Shown here: in pieces, positions 10,476 to 20,431 of the stretch | Position numbering within the stretch: the first letter of the stretch is position 1 | How the letters are laid out: every line of letters begins with the position of its first letter | Assembly: GCA_038060895.1 (NCBI GenBank) | Contig: JBBTCT010000005.1 | Location: 63,551 to 127,550 of the forward strand | DNA length: 64,000 bases | Direction of reading: 5' to 3' | Source: Planctomycetota bacterium | Lineage (GTDB): Bacteria > Planctomycetota > MHYJ01 > WSZJ01 | Position numbers and translations under genes: made by a program | The notes under the pieces: model-generated | What the model saw: only the letters and a program-made list of their open reading frames with translations | Database searches by the model: none | Told to the model about the DNA's origin: nothing

Positions 10476-10549
10476 GCGGAAGCCATGATATCGCACGTGG
10501 TCGCCGCTCCTCATCCGGAGCCGTTTCGCCCATAATTGCGCTTCTCCCC

Positions 10550-11374
10550 ATGCGAATCCTCTTCGCCTCCGACTTCCACGGCACGATCCCCTACTTCGAT
10601 GCGTTCGCGAAGCTCGCGCGGCGCCTGAAGCCGGACGCGCTGCTTCTCGGCGGGGACCTCTTCGACAATTCCTCGCCGGTCGAAATCGCGCCGGTCGCGC
10701 AGCGGCAGACGGCGGAAGGGTGGTTCAAGGAGTGGTGCGACGGGGCGCCGGCGCCGGTGTACTGGATCGCCGGGAACCACGAGTGGAGGACGGTGACGGA
10801 TCCGCCGGCGCGGGCGGGAACGTACGTCGGGGAGCGGATGGTCGCGCTCGGCGACTGGGACCTGGTCGGCTTCTCCTTCTGTTCGCCGACGCCGTACTGG
10901 CTGATCGATCACGAGCGGCCGGAGGAAGCGCCGAACCGCCACGAGCCGAGATTCCGGTGCTATGCCTCGACCGGCGACAAGGCGGAACTGGTGGAGAAAC
11001 CGGAAGAGTGGCTCGCGAAGCGCCCGACGCTGGCGTCGATGCTGCGCGAGCTGCCGAGACCCCGGTCGTGGCGCAAGACGATCTTCATGGCGCACAATCC
11101 ACCGTTCGACTCCGGCCTGGACCTCCGTTACGGAAACCTGCCGGTCGGCAGCTCGGACATCCGCAATTTCATTCTCGCGACAAAGCCGGCCATCTCGCTT
11201 CATGGTCACATTCACGAAGCGCCGATTCTCACCGGCAAGCCGATGCACAAGGTCGGACGCACCTGGGGGTTCAATGCCGGCCGCGACCGCGACCACCAGG
11301 GGCTGCGCGCGCTCTGGATCGATCCTGACAAGCCTGAGGAACACGTGCTGCACGGCGGGAAGCCTATTGCTTAA
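10550..11374 (+). CDS. Calcineurin-like metallophosphoesterase (Icc-related)
   Basis: Motifs SDFHG, GGDLFD, GNHE, AHNPP, HGHIHE. Confidence 0.9.
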   Translation: MRILFASDFHGTIPYFDAFAKLARRLKPDALLLGGDLFDNSSPVEIAPVAQRQTAEGWFKEWCDGAPAPVYWIAGNHEWRTVTDPPARAGTYVGERMVALGDWDLVGFSFCSPTPYWLIDHERPEEAPNRHEPRFRCYASTGDKAELVEKPEEWLAKRPTLASMLRELPRPRSWRKTIFMAHNPPFDSGLDLRYGNLPVGSSDIRNFILATKPAISLHGHIHEAPILTGKPMHKVGRTWGFNAGRDRDHQGLRALWIDPDKPEEHVLHGGKPIA

Positions 11375-12527
11375 GCTGCTTCACGAACTCCCGGTACTCA
11401 CGGTCCAGCACCTCCAGATCTCCGAAGCACGCCTTCGCGGCCTCCAGGCCACCTTTCCCGCTGAGTTCGCTTTCCGCGTAACGGTCGAGCTCGCCGCGGC
11501 GTTTCCCGTCGCCGGACATCTCGAGGAAGGCGACGAAAGCCCAGCTCTGCGAGGCAACTGCAAACGCTTCACGGGGATCGGGGGAAGCGTCCAGGTCGGC
11601 GAACGTCGGTGCAAGCAGGGCGGGAAGGGGCTTCATTTTTTTCTCGCGGACCGCGGCGCGGACGTCGGTGAGATTCCGGGAGACGCCCTTGCCCGGGTGC
11701 AGGTGTGCCTGTCCGTCCGGGCGCGCGGCCGAGAGAAACTCTGCCGTGCCGTTCCAGAACCATGCGGCGAGCGAGGCCGTGGGAATCCCCTCGCGTGGCG
11801 CGCGAGCGCGGGCGAGCGCGATCCAGCACTGCCAGGTCGCTTCATGAAGCGCGCTCTCCTTCAGCTCGCGGCGGCCGCGGGACAGAAACGCCCAACCGGA
11901 GTGGAGATTCGTGTGGCTGATCGCAAACGCAGGCGGTTTCGCCCGCCGGAGGTATTCGTCCCGCGACGCCAGGACAACGACTGGCGCGATCCAGCCCGGA
12001 TCGGGGGGACGGGATTCAAAGAGGGACTTGAAGCGCGCCCGGAAGTCGGCGTGGAATTCACCCAGGGCAGCGGCGAGATCGGCTGCGATGACGGGAGCGG
12101 AAGCGTCGGGCGTTTCCTCGACGGCCACGATCCATGGCGCCCGGACGACGGGCAATTCGACGGCCTTCTTCGTCCCCCAGAGCAGATCCATCTCCCGCTT
12201 CGCCAGAGCCGCCCCGCGCAACAGTCCGGAGAGAACCGCAACCTCCCTGGAGGATTCATACAGGGCCAGCGCCGCCGAGATTTCCTTTCTCCCCTCGACG
12301 CCCACGCGCGCACCGCGCCATTCGTCGTCCGGGCCGGGGTTCGGTTCCACTCCCAGCAGGCTGACCGGCGGCTTCGGCGGTTCGTCGTTGGGTTTCGGCA
12401 CTTCGACGATTCCGGGCTGCGTCGGCGCCGGCGGTTTCTTCCCGGCCGGCCGCCCGCCCCAGAAAGCGGCTACGAGGATTCCGGTGAAGGCCGTGAGTGA
12501 GACGATGGAGAGGAGAGCACGGCGCAT
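11364..12527 (-). CDS. Exported DUF1570-like paralog with degenerate HExxH (HEATW)
   Basis: N-terminal hydrophobic anchor; C-terminus 'SQSWAFVAFL...AAKACFGDLEVLDREY' shared with the two neighbouring paralogs. Confidence 0.7.
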   Translation of the reverse strand: MRRALLSIVSLTAFTGILVAAFWGGRPAGKKPPAPTQPGIVEVPKPNDEPPKPPVSLLGVEPNPGPDDEWRGARVGVEGRKEISAALALYESSREVAVLSGLLRGAALAKREMDLLWGTKKAVELPVVRAPWIVAVEETPDASAPVIAADLAAALGEFHADFRARFKSLFESRPPDPGWIAPVVVLASRDEYLRRAKPPAFAISHTNLHSGWAFLSRGRRELKESALHEATWQCWIALARARAPREGIPTASLAAWFWNGTAEFLSAARPDGQAHLHPGKGVSRNLTDVRAAVREKKMKPLPALLAPTFADLDASPDPREAFAVASQSWAFVAFLEMSGDGKRRGELDRYAESELSGKGGLEAAKACFGDLEVLDREYREFVKQLKQ

Positions 12528-12577
12528 GGACTCGCATGATAACGACCCGGGAACCGTGAGGACGCGGCCCCATCCAT

Positions 12578-12609
12578 AAAAAAAACCGGCCCCGCTGGGG
12601 GGCCGGTTT
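12578..12609 (-). terminator. Rho-independent terminator of 12630..14606
   Basis: Hairpin aaaccggcccc-gctg-ggggccggttt flanked by an A-run (U-tract on the minus strand). Confidence 0.75.
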
Positions 12610-12629
12610 CGAAGGTCGTCCCGGAACTC

Positions 12630-14606
12630 TTACTTCATCGCCTTGTAGAAATCCTCGTACTCCTTGTTCAGTTTCTCGAGGTCCCCGAAGCACTCCTTCG
12701 CCCCGTCGAAACTCCCGCCCTTGTCCACCTCGATCTTGAAGTACTTGTTGAACGCGTCCTTGTACTTGCCGTTCTCGTAGGTGTACAGGAAGTACACGAC
12801 GGACCACGATTGCGCGTACATGTCCTGTACGTAAGTTCGTTTCGCCGGGTTCCTCGACTCCATGGCGAACTGCATGTAGTTGATGTTCATCAGGTCCTTC
12901 AGCTTCTTGTGCTTTCCGTCCGCGATCATCTTTTTCATGTACGGCTTGTAGTTGCTGGAGACCTCGCCCAGCAGGAAGCCGCCCTGCGCGTCGCGCTTGA
13001 AGCTCTCGAAGAACGTCGCGATCCCTTCCGTGAACCAGAACATGTTCACGCTGCGCCGCTCGCTCAGCTTCTCGACCTTCATCTGCGAGACGGTGTGGAC
13101 GAGCTGGTGAATGCCCTCGTGGAAGAGGGTCTCGTAGAGCTGGCTCGTGTCCTTGTAGATGAAAATCCTGCCGGTGCCGGGCTCGAAGTGACCGCCGGCC
13201 CACGGCGTCGGGTTGGCGATCTCGTGGTAACGCTGGCTCGATTCAAAGATGTAGATGAAGCAGACTTCGTTGGCGCCGAACGACTTGACGTCGAATAGTG
13301 CGCTGTACTTGTCGAAGAACAGCTTGTAGAGGTGGACCATGATGTCCCGGAAGTCCTTGAGCATCAGCTCGGCGCTGTAGCTCGAGGACTTCTCCATGCA
13401 CAGGACGTGCGGAGAGTCCGGAGCGCAGTCCAGGTAGACACGGTCGTCCGGGCCCTTGTTGCCGTAGGCCTTGAAGTCCTCCTTCATCGAGAAGACCTTC
13501 TTCTCGCGAGGCCCCAGCTTGTCGTAATCGGCGTTTTTGGCCGTGGCTGCCGTCGCCGTCTGGGCAAGGTCCGCTTCCATCTTGTCGTACCACTTGCCGT
13601 TCACCTTCACGTCGCCGATCAGCAGGTGCGCCTTCTCGGAGTCCGGGGCGTGAATCTTGACCATGGACGTTGCGAGTGCGAACGCCTCGTCGTCCAGCGC
13701 CGCCTTCTGGAGCCAGTCCAGGAGGCCGTCGAGCTTCGCAGGATCGCTTCCCGCTTCCTGCTTCTTCTGGTTCGTGTAGACCCAGCGCAGCTTGTCCTGC
13801 GCCTTCGTGTACTTCCGGTCGAGCTTGACGGCCTTCATGTAATACTGGACCGCCGTCTCGCGATCGCCCTTCTTCTCGCAAGCCTCGCCGAACTCATAAG
13901 CCGCGCTCGGGCTGTCGTCGGCGTACTTCCGCATCTTCTCGAACGCCTCGTCCTGTTTCGCGGACGAAGAGCCCTTTTCTCCCTTGCCGTCCTCGTCCTT
14001 CTTGCCGGCCATGACGAAACCGACGATGGCAATGACGACGACAAGGGCGCCTCCGCCGATGCCTGCGAACAACATCGTGTTGTTTTTCTTCGGGGCAACG
14101 GGCATTCCCGACCCGCTACGGCCACCGGCAGGAACTCCCGCGCGGCCACGACCCGGCGATGAGTGCGCGACCGGGGCGCTTCGGCCACGCGCGCCCGCCG
14201 AACGGCTCAGGCGCATCGGCTGCGATTCAGGTTCCGGCTCGGGTTCAGGCTCGGGCTCCGGCTCCGGCTCGGGCTCCGGCCGCCGCGCCGCCGAACGACG
14301 CATGGTCGGCGCCGTCGAAGAGGGTGCCGGGGGCCGCGGCCCGGAGCGCTGCGCGGCGGGCCGGGCTGCGGGGCGACCTGCGCTCGAAGGGCTCTCCGAT
14401 ACCTCCGAGCCCCGCTTGCGGAATACGTTCGTCGTCTGCGGGGAATCCTCGGGGAAGAAGTCGGCAGGCATCTCCTCGGTCGGCGCAGCGTCTTCGCCGG
14501 GGACCGTGAAGACCGACTTGCATTTGCCACATTTGAGCTGTTTGCCGGGAGTAAATGACGAAATGTCGAACCGGGCGCCGCATTCCTCGCACTCGTATAG
14601 CTTCAT
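12630..14606 (-). CDS. Zn-ribbon + Pro-rich linker + TM + DUF1570-like zincin domain with intact HEGIH
   Basis: CEEC..CGKC, (PE)n linker, TM helix, LFHEGIHQ...WFTEGIA. Confidence 0.8.
   Translation of the reverse strand: MKLYECEECGARFDISSFTPGKQLKCGKCKSVFTVPGEDAAPTEEMPADFFPEDSPQTTNVFRKRGSEVSESPSSAGRPAARPAAQRSGPRPPAPSSTAPTMRRSAARRPEPEPEPEPEPEPEPEPESQPMRLSRSAGARGRSAPVAHSSPGRGRAGVPAGGRSGSGMPVAPKKNNTMLFAGIGGGALVVVIAIVGFVMAGKKDEDGKGEKGSSSAKQDEAFEKMRKYADDSPSAAYEFGEACEKKGDRETAVQYYMKAVKLDRKYTKAQDKLRWVYTNQKKQEAGSDPAKLDGLLDWLQKAALDDEAFALATSMVKIHAPDSEKAHLLIGDVKVNGKWYDKMEADLAQTATAATAKNADYDKLGPREKKVFSMKEDFKAYGNKGPDDRVYLDCAPDSPHVLCMEKSSSYSAELMLKDFRDIMVHLYKLFFDKYSALFDVKSFGANEVCFIYIFESSQRYHEIANPTPWAGGHFEPGTGRIFIYKDTSQLYETLFHEGIHQLVHTVSQMKVEKLSERRSVNMFWFTEGIATFFESFKRDAQGGFLLGEVSSNYKPYMKKMIADGKHKKLKDLMNINYMQFAMESRNPAKRTYVQDMYAQSWSVVYFLYTYENGKYKDAFNKYFKIEVDKGGSFDGAKECFGDLEKLNKEYEDFYKAMK
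14229..14281 (-). repeat. 6-bp microsatellite encoding a (PE)n linker
   Basis: CCG/CCC/CCT-GAG/GAA units translating to PEPEPEPEPEPEPEPEPE. Confidence 0.8.
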
Positions 14607-14702
14607 CGGGCAGCTCCGTGCTGGGCCTGAAGAAACTCGGGGATGCCGGGATACTCCGGCACCATTAGAACGCCGCCGGAGACACACCCGTTCCCTGCAT
14701 TC

Positions 14703-15074
14703 TCATATTCTACGAAAATCCCAGGCCGGGCGTGGGCCGGGATTCCGGAATTCGAGCAGGAATTTTCCGGCGAGAAGCGCGCCCGAGAGCTCAAGGATAA
14801 TCCGGGTCTCTCCCCAGTCCGCGATGCAGGTCCCCGTGTCCAGCCGCTTCACCCTCCCGCGGCCTCCCGAAATCTCCCCCTCGTAGTCGAGGTAAGCGAG
14901 CCGGTGGTCGAAATGCTGAAGCGCTTCGATCGAAAACGCGCCAGGCACGGGCGGCGAAGCGAGCGACCACGTTTTCAGGGTGCCTTGACGCTCGATGAAG
15001 AGGTCCCAGTGAAGGGGCGTCGTGGAGTGTTCCGAAACCGTGAACCTCCCGCTCTGGATCCGCGCCACATCCAC
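14703..15074 (-). CDS. Stand-alone LigD 3'-phosphoesterase-like protein
   Basis: Motifs HWDLFIE..LKTW and DHRLAYLDYEGEISGGRG.V...D.G. Start codon uncertain. Confidence 0.75.
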   Translation of the reverse strand: MDVARIQSGRFTVSEHSTTPLHWDLFIERQGTLKTWSLASPPVPGAFSIEALQHFDHRLAYLDYEGEISGGRGRVKRLDTGTCIADWGETRIILELSGALLAGKFLLEFRNPGPRPAWDFRRI

Positions 15075-15110
15075 CCGCCTTTCGTCAGTGCCTTTCCTAC
15101 TCACTACCCC

Positions 15111-16511
15111 CTACCCACTACTCCCTGCGTCCTTCCCGATGTCCCCCAGCTTGTACTCCTTGATCTTCCTGTAAAGCGTGCGCTCGCCAATCCCCAGAAT
15201 CCTCGAAGCTTCCTCCCGGTTTCCCTTGGTCATTTCAAGCGTCGAGCGGATCAGCTCCGTCTCGGCGCGCTCGAGGCTCATCCCGGCGAACACGGCGGAC
15301 GTGCCGGGCGCCGCCGTTTCGCGCCGCTGGGCAATCTCCTCCGGGATGTCCTTGACGTCCAGCACGGGCTCCCGCGCCAGCACCACCATGGCTTCGAGCG
15401 TGTTCCGCAGTTCCCGCACGTTCCCCGGCCAGCGGTACGCGAGAAGCGCGGCTCGCGCGGCCGGCGAGATCCCGTCGATGCGGCGGTTGTGCTGCTGGGA
15501 GAAATCGCGGATGAAGTGATCGATGAGGAGCGCGATGTCGGACTGGCGGGCGCGGAGAGGCGGGAGATTGATCATGACGACGCGCAGGCGGTAGTAGAGG
15601 TCCTCGCGGAACTTCCCTTCGCGCACCATCTCTTCCAGGTGCCTGTTCGTGCTCGCGATCAGGCGGACGTCCACGGGAATGGGCAGATTCGAACCGACCC
15701 GGTAAACGCACCGTTCCTCAAGGACGCGCAGGAGTTTCGCCTGCGTGGAAAGCGGCATGTCGCCGATCTCGTCGAGCAGGAGCGTCCCGTGGTTGGCGAA
15801 TTCGAAGCGCCCCTTGCGCGCCCCGATGGCGCCGGTGAACGAGCCCTTCTCGTGCCCGAACAGCTCGGACTCGATCAGCCCTTCAGGCATCGCCGTGCAG
15901 TTGATGGGGATGAAATGGTGGTTGCGCCGCGGCGAATTCCGGTGGATCGCCTTCGCGACCAGTTCCTTTCCGGTTCCGCTTTCGCCGGTAATGAGGACGG
16001 TCGCCGAGGTCGGTGCAACCTGTTGAAGCGTGTTGAAGACCTTCTGCATTGCCTCGGAGTTTCCGATGATCCCGCCGAACCCGAACTTGCGGTCGAGTTC
16101 CTGGTGGAGAAACAGGTTTGAGCGCGAGAGATCCTGCTTCTCGACGACCTTCTCGATGACCGCGCGCAACTCGGCGATGTTGAGCGGCTTCTTCATGTAG
16201 GTCGAAGCGCCCTTTTTCATCGCCTCGACGGCGCTCTCGACGGAAGCGAAGCCGGTCATGACGACGACCTCGATGTCCGGGTGAAGGCGCCGGGCGGTCG
16301 TGAGGATTTCCATCCCGTCGATGTCGCGCATGACCAGGTCGGTCAGCACGACATCCACGTGCTCGGACTCCAGAAGTTCGAGCGCGGCCTTCCCGCCGCC
16401 GGCGACGAGCGTGCGGTAGCCGGTCCGGCGGAGGGATTCCGCCATGGTTTCGGCGTGTTCGGGGTCGTCATCGACCACGAGGATCGTGACGTCGGTGGAA
16501 GTGGGGGTCAT
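15111..16511 (-). CDS. Sigma-54-dependent response regulator (NtrC/AtoC family)
   Basis: Receiver domain, GESGTGKE, ESELFGHEKGSFTGA, FREDLYYRL, WPGNVREL, Fis-type HTH. Confidence 0.95.
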   Translation of the reverse strand: MTPTSTDVTILVVDDDPEHAETMAESLRRTGYRTLVAGGGKAALELLESEHVDVVLTDLVMRDIDGMEILTTARRLHPDIEVVVMTGFASVESAVEAMKKGASTYMKKPLNIAELRAVIEKVVEKQDLSRSNLFLHQELDRKFGFGGIIGNSEAMQKVFNTLQQVAPTSATVLITGESGTGKELVAKAIHRNSPRRNHHFIPINCTAMPEGLIESELFGHEKGSFTGAIGARKGRFEFANHGTLLLDEIGDMPLSTQAKLLRVLEERCVYRVGSNLPIPVDVRLIASTNRHLEEMVREGKFREDLYYRLRVVMINLPPLRARQSDIALLIDHFIRDFSQQHNRRIDGISPAARAALLAYRWPGNVRELRNTLEAMVVLAREPVLDVKDIPEEIAQRRETAAPGTSAVFAGMSLERAETELIRSTLEMTKGNREEASRILGIGERTLYRKIKEYKLGDIGKDAGSSG

Positions 16512-16544
16512 AGGCGGGGGGTTGGAAGGAGGGAAAGATTTAAC

Positions 16545-16652
16545 CCCAACCCCAACTCCAACTCCAAATTCCAACCTTCGATGAAAGGACCCGGTCCGTC
16601 AATGGCCACCCACTCAAGGAGTCGACCTCCCGATCGCCGAAATTGGGGTTGG
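16545..16652. repeat. Short hexamer repeats (CCCCAA/CTCCAA) with an inverted copy
   Basis: accccaaccccaactccaactccaaattccaac ... aattggggttggg in the kinase-regulator spacer. Confidence 0.5.
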
Positions 16653-16668
16653 GATCCGGAATTGTCTT

Positions 16669-17397
16669 TCAAAGCGGTATGGCCCCTCCCGCCCTGGGCG
16701 CCAACTCGCCTTCAACCGGAAGCCGTATCGTAAAGCAACTCCCCTTCCCCTCCTCGCTCGTCACTGTCAGCGTCCCGTCATGCTCGTGCACGATCCTCCT
16801 CGCCGTCGGCAACCCGAGCCCCGTCCCCGTCTTCTTCGTCGAGTAGTACACGTCGAAACACCTCGCCGCCGCCTCCGCCGACATCCCCGTCCCCGTATCG
16901 ATCACGTCCAGCTGGGCGAAATCACGCCACCTGGCCGTCTTCAGGATCAGTTCCCCCCCGTTCGGCATCGCCTGGATCGCGTTCATGACGAGGTTGAGCA
17001 GGGCCTGCTTGAAGAGGTTTGCATCGACAGAAACCTTCGGAAGTTCGCCGAGCGACCTCAGGACGCGGACTTTCTTCTGCGTCGCCTCCGGCGTGACGAA
17101 ATCCAGCACTTCCCCGATCACCCGGTTCAGGTCGGTCGGGCGGTTGTCCAGTTTGTGGCCGGCGGCGAACCGGAGGAAGTCGTTGAGGATTTCCTCGAGA
17201 CGGGCTGTTTCCTTGAGAAGGAGAGTGAGGCGCTGAAGCGCACGCCGCTCGCGTTCGTCGCGGGGCTCCTCGAAATCCTCCTGCAGCAGCTGCAGATTGG
17301 CCTGCAGAGTCGAGAGGGGGGTCCGGATCTCGTGCGCCAGCCCGGCGGCCAGCTGGCCGAGAAACGCGAGACGATCGCCTTCCTTGTTCTGAGACAC
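16669..17397 (-). CDS. Histidine kinase core (HisKA + HATPase) without a sensor domain
   Basis: AHEIRTPL about 20 aa from the start; N-box NLVMNAIQA; DTGTGM; GTGLGL. Confidence 0.88.
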   Translation of the reverse strand: MSQNKEGDRLAFLGQLAAGLAHEIRTPLSTLQANLQLLQEDFEEPRDERERRALQRLTLLLKETARLEEILNDFLRFAAGHKLDNRPTDLNRVIGEVLDFVTPEATQKKVRVLRSLGELPKVSVDANLFKQALLNLVMNAIQAMPNGGELILKTARWRDFAQLDVIDTGTGMSAEAAARCFDVYYSTKKTGTGLGLPTARRIVHEHDGTLTVTSEEGKGSCFTIRLPVEGELAPRAGGAIPL

Positions 17398-17547
17398 CGG
17401 GACATTCTGTTAAAGGTCGGCCCGCGCGTCTACCGCATGAACCTGCCGGCCGGCGCCCGCCGGTCGCATTCAGGTCAGATTGAACATCGCCGATCAGGGG
17501 CATATACTCCGATGCCGACATCGATTCCCGACCAAACCTCGAGGCCC

Positions 17548-19389
17548 ATGGCCGCCGACATCCAGGACTGGCTTTCCAATCGCGACATGTTCGCGCGCCG
17601 CGTCTCCTCGCACGAGGTGCTCGGCCTGCTGAAGCGGTCCTTCACGGTCCCCGCGCACACCATCGCGGCGGTCGTGGAGAACGGCTCGCGGCGCGTGGCC
17701 AAGGGCGGTGAACAACTCAGCGGCCGCTTCGACGCCGTCCTCATCAAAACCCAGGAAATGCCGGTCGCCTTCCAGATGGCCGGGCTGCGCTCCAAGGACG
17801 GGTTCGGCATGAACGCCGGGGTCCGCCTCACGCTTCAGCTCGAATCCTACGAGCCCGATCGCGTCGAGGACTTCTGCCGGAACTTCACCGCGGCCAACGC
17901 GACCACGTCGTCGGAGGACCTGCGGTCGTACCTGGCGGTGGACGTGAAGCGCGCGCTGTCCGAGTACATTTCTTCGCACGAGGCGGCCGACCTCCAGAAT
18001 TCCCAGGCGTCGTCCGACGTCGAAGGGGGGCTGCGAAGAGCGCTGGAAGGCCCGCTCTTCGGCAAGGGTCTCAACTTCCGGAAGCTCATGGAGCTCGAAT
18101 TCCACAGCGACTCCTTTGAGAAGTCGCGCGACGAAGCGCGGAAGCAGAACGAGAAGATCCGTGAGCACGAGGGAGTTCTTCTCGACCAGCAGCGGCGCGA
18201 GGAGAAGCTGAAGAATCTCGCGGCGCTGATGAAGAGCGCGGACGCGCAGGAGGTCTTCAAGGAGATCCGCGACGAGCGCGTCAAGTCGCTGCTGTACGCG
18301 AAGCTCATGGAGAACGACCTGAAGGACCTCTCGAGCGAGGACCTGCGCGCGAAGCTGAACCAGTGGGGAGACGACCTGATCGGCGTCGTGCTCAAGGCTT
18401 ACGCGGCGCTGGCGGAGGCGCCGGATGCGCCGGTGGAGCCCGGGAAGACCGGGAAGCTGGCGCGCGTCGTGGTCACGGCGGGATCGCGGGTGTTGCTGTT
18501 CAATCCCGTCGATTTCACCGGCTCGTGCCGGCTGATCGACGCGGGATTCAACCTGCGCAGCGCGAGAATTCATCCCTGGAAAGGGCGCGGTCTGATTTTC
18601 GCGGGTGGAAAGCGGCAGATTTCGGCGATCGACCCGGAGACCACGCAGTCCGTCGCCGCGTACCCGCTTCCCCAGGAGAAAAAACCCAAGGGCGGCGTGA
18701 ATGCTTCGGCGGTCTGGAAGCACCGGATGTTCGCGACGCACAGCGAGCTGGGGCTGATCGAGTGGGACCTGAACAGGCCGGGCGTTCCGGGAGTGACGAT
18801 CAACGCCGACCTGACGGCACTTTCCGCGACGGTGCGGGCCGCGGTGACGACCGCGGACGGATGGCTGTATTTCGCGAGCGGACGGACGGTGTACGGGATG
18901 GACCTGGAAAAGGGAACGCCTCCGGTCGCGTTCGGGCCGCAGACGCCGAGCGGCGTGACGGCGCTGGCGGTCGGCGAGCGGCTGATCGTGGCGGGGTGCG
19001 GAAGCGGGAACGAGGGCGCGTTGTCGATATGGGACCGGCGCGATCCGTCGCGCGCCGTCGGCGTGATCCGCAGGAATGCGCCGATCGGGAGCGTGCGCCT
19101 GACGTCGATCGGAGGCGTGCCGCACATGCTGTTCACGTGCCGCGACCACGGCGTCACGGCGCGCGTGATCGGGCAGACTCTTGAGACCCACTACGATGCG
19201 GGCGAGCACTCCGTGATCCTCGCCGAGGGCGGCTCCGATCATGTCGTCGCCATCGACCACAACGGGCGCTTCCTCATCGCCTGGGACGCCGCGCGCCCTG
19301 CGAAGCCGCGGAAGATCCTGGACCTGAACGCGTACACGGACCAGGCGGTGTACGACCTGGCGCCTGTTTTCGGGGAGGGCGGCGCGTGA
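17548..19389 (+). CDS. SPFH/Band-7-like N-terminal domain + coiled coil + WD40-like beta-propeller
   Basis: 'FTVPAHTIAAVVENG' and 'LRSKDGFGMNAGVRL' resemble SPFH strands; charged coiled coil; C-terminal blade-like motifs (LIEWD, LSIWD, LIAWD). Alternative start at 17512. Confidence 0.6.
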   Translation: MAADIQDWLSNRDMFARRVSSHEVLGLLKRSFTVPAHTIAAVVENGSRRVAKGGEQLSGRFDAVLIKTQEMPVAFQMAGLRSKDGFGMNAGVRLTLQLESYEPDRVEDFCRNFTAANATTSSEDLRSYLAVDVKRALSEYISSHEAADLQNSQASSDVEGGLRRALEGPLFGKGLNFRKLMELEFHSDSFEKSRDEARKQNEKIREHEGVLLDQQRREEKLKNLAALMKSADAQEVFKEIRDERVKSLLYAKLMENDLKDLSSEDLRAKLNQWGDDLIGVVLKAYAALAEAPDAPVEPGKTGKLARVVVTAGSRVLLFNPVDFTGSCRLIDAGFNLRSARIHPWKGRGLIFAGGKRQISAIDPETTQSVAAYPLPQEKKPKGGVNASAVWKHRMFATHSELGLIEWDLNRPGVPGVTINADLTALSATVRAAVTTADGWLYFASGRTVYGMDLEKGTPPVAFGPQTPSGVTALAVGERLIVAGCGSGNEGALSIWDRRDPSRAVGVIRRNAPIGSVRLTSIGGVPHMLFTCRDHGVTARVIGQTLETHYDAGEHSVILAEGGSDHVVAIDHNGRFLIAWDAARPAKPRKILDLNAYTDQAVYDLAPVFGEGGA

Positions 19390-20411
19390 GCGACGGCGCG
19401 GGGACGTGCGCGGCCTGCGGGCGGACGTATCTGTCGCGAGTCGGGATTTTTCGCGATGACGCGGCGTGCGCGACGTGCGGCAAGCCGATCTGCGCGGCGT
19501 GCTGGAGCGACAAGACCACGTTCTGCCAGGAGCACGAGGACGTACCGGTGGCGACGCTGGCCGACGCGCCGAAACCCGGGGACATCCCCACGGGGCAGGT
19601 GCCGGCAGGGTCGATCAGCCGCCAGTCGGCTCGCGAAATGGAAGAGGGATTCCTTTCGCGGGTGAGGAAGAACTTCCGCCAGCTCGCGGGGATTTACAAC
19701 CCGCTGGATGGCCGCTGGTACGACGTCATCGAGCGAAATACGGGCGAGTACGTCGTCGACCTGGGGGCCGAGGCCGCGAAAAACGCGGTTCGCGATCGCG
19801 CGAAATCGGGCTTCAACGAAATCCTCGCTTCGATGCCCACCAACCGCGCCGCCGTCTGCGACGTCTTCGCGCGGGACTTTCTCGGCGCGAAAGTGAAGAA
19901 GATCTGCCTCGCCGGGGTGTCGCTCTCCCCGCTCGACGAACTCGTAAAGCCGGGCTGGTCGAGCCAGCCGCTCGGGTACGCGGCGGTTGCCCAGGCCCAG
20001 CGGCGCATCGTCACGGATCCGGGCGTCTTCTATTACCTCTGCTATTTCGCGACGACGGGCTGGTCCGGAGAAGCGCGCGACATCCTCGCGAACGGGCCGA
20101 ATTTCGTCTCGTGCCTCGTCGAAAAGCAGGCGGATTCGTGGCGCATCACCGCGAAGGACGACGGCCGATGGGGCGATGCGCTGGCGGTGTACGACCTGGA
20201 GACGTACTCGGAGAAGCGCGACCGGGTGCAAATTTTCGTGAAGCGGCACACGTACGAGCTGCTGATGGACCGTTTGAGCGACCGGTATGTGTGCGAGAAG
20301 ACGGGGCTGCCGCTGGACGTCGTGAGGGCGTCATTCCGGGATCTTTCGCAGGATCCGTTTGTGCACCTGACGGCGGATGAGGAGCAGTTCCGGATATCGC
20401 GGGTTTACTGA
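19386..20411 (+). CDS. Zn-finger protein with alpha/beta middle domain and possible C-terminal winged helix
   Basis: CAAC..CATC..CAAC..CQEH; GTGA overlap with the upstream gene; C-terminal helix-helix-helix-hairpin pattern. Confidence 0.65.
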   Translation: MSDGAGTCAACGRTYLSRVGIFRDDAACATCGKPICAACWSDKTTFCQEHEDVPVATLADAPKPGDIPTGQVPAGSISRQSAREMEEGFLSRVRKNFRQLAGIYNPLDGRWYDVIERNTGEYVVDLGAEAAKNAVRDRAKSGFNEILASMPTNRAAVCDVFARDFLGAKVKKICLAGVSLSPLDELVKPGWSSQPLGYAAVAQAQRRIVTDPGVFYYLCYFATTGWSGEARDILANGPNFVSCLVEKQADSWRITAKDDGRWGDALAVYDLETYSEKRDRVQIFVKRHTYELLMDRLSDRYVCEKTGLPLDVVRASFRDLSQDPFVHLTADEEQFRISRVY

Positions 20412-20431
20412 AGACGGAGGCGAGCCAGGAC

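Noticed and set aside
16512-16574. MEFGVGVGVG N-terminal extension of the regulator
   Set aside because: Translation of an intergenic hexamer repeat; the receiver domain begins after ATG 16511.
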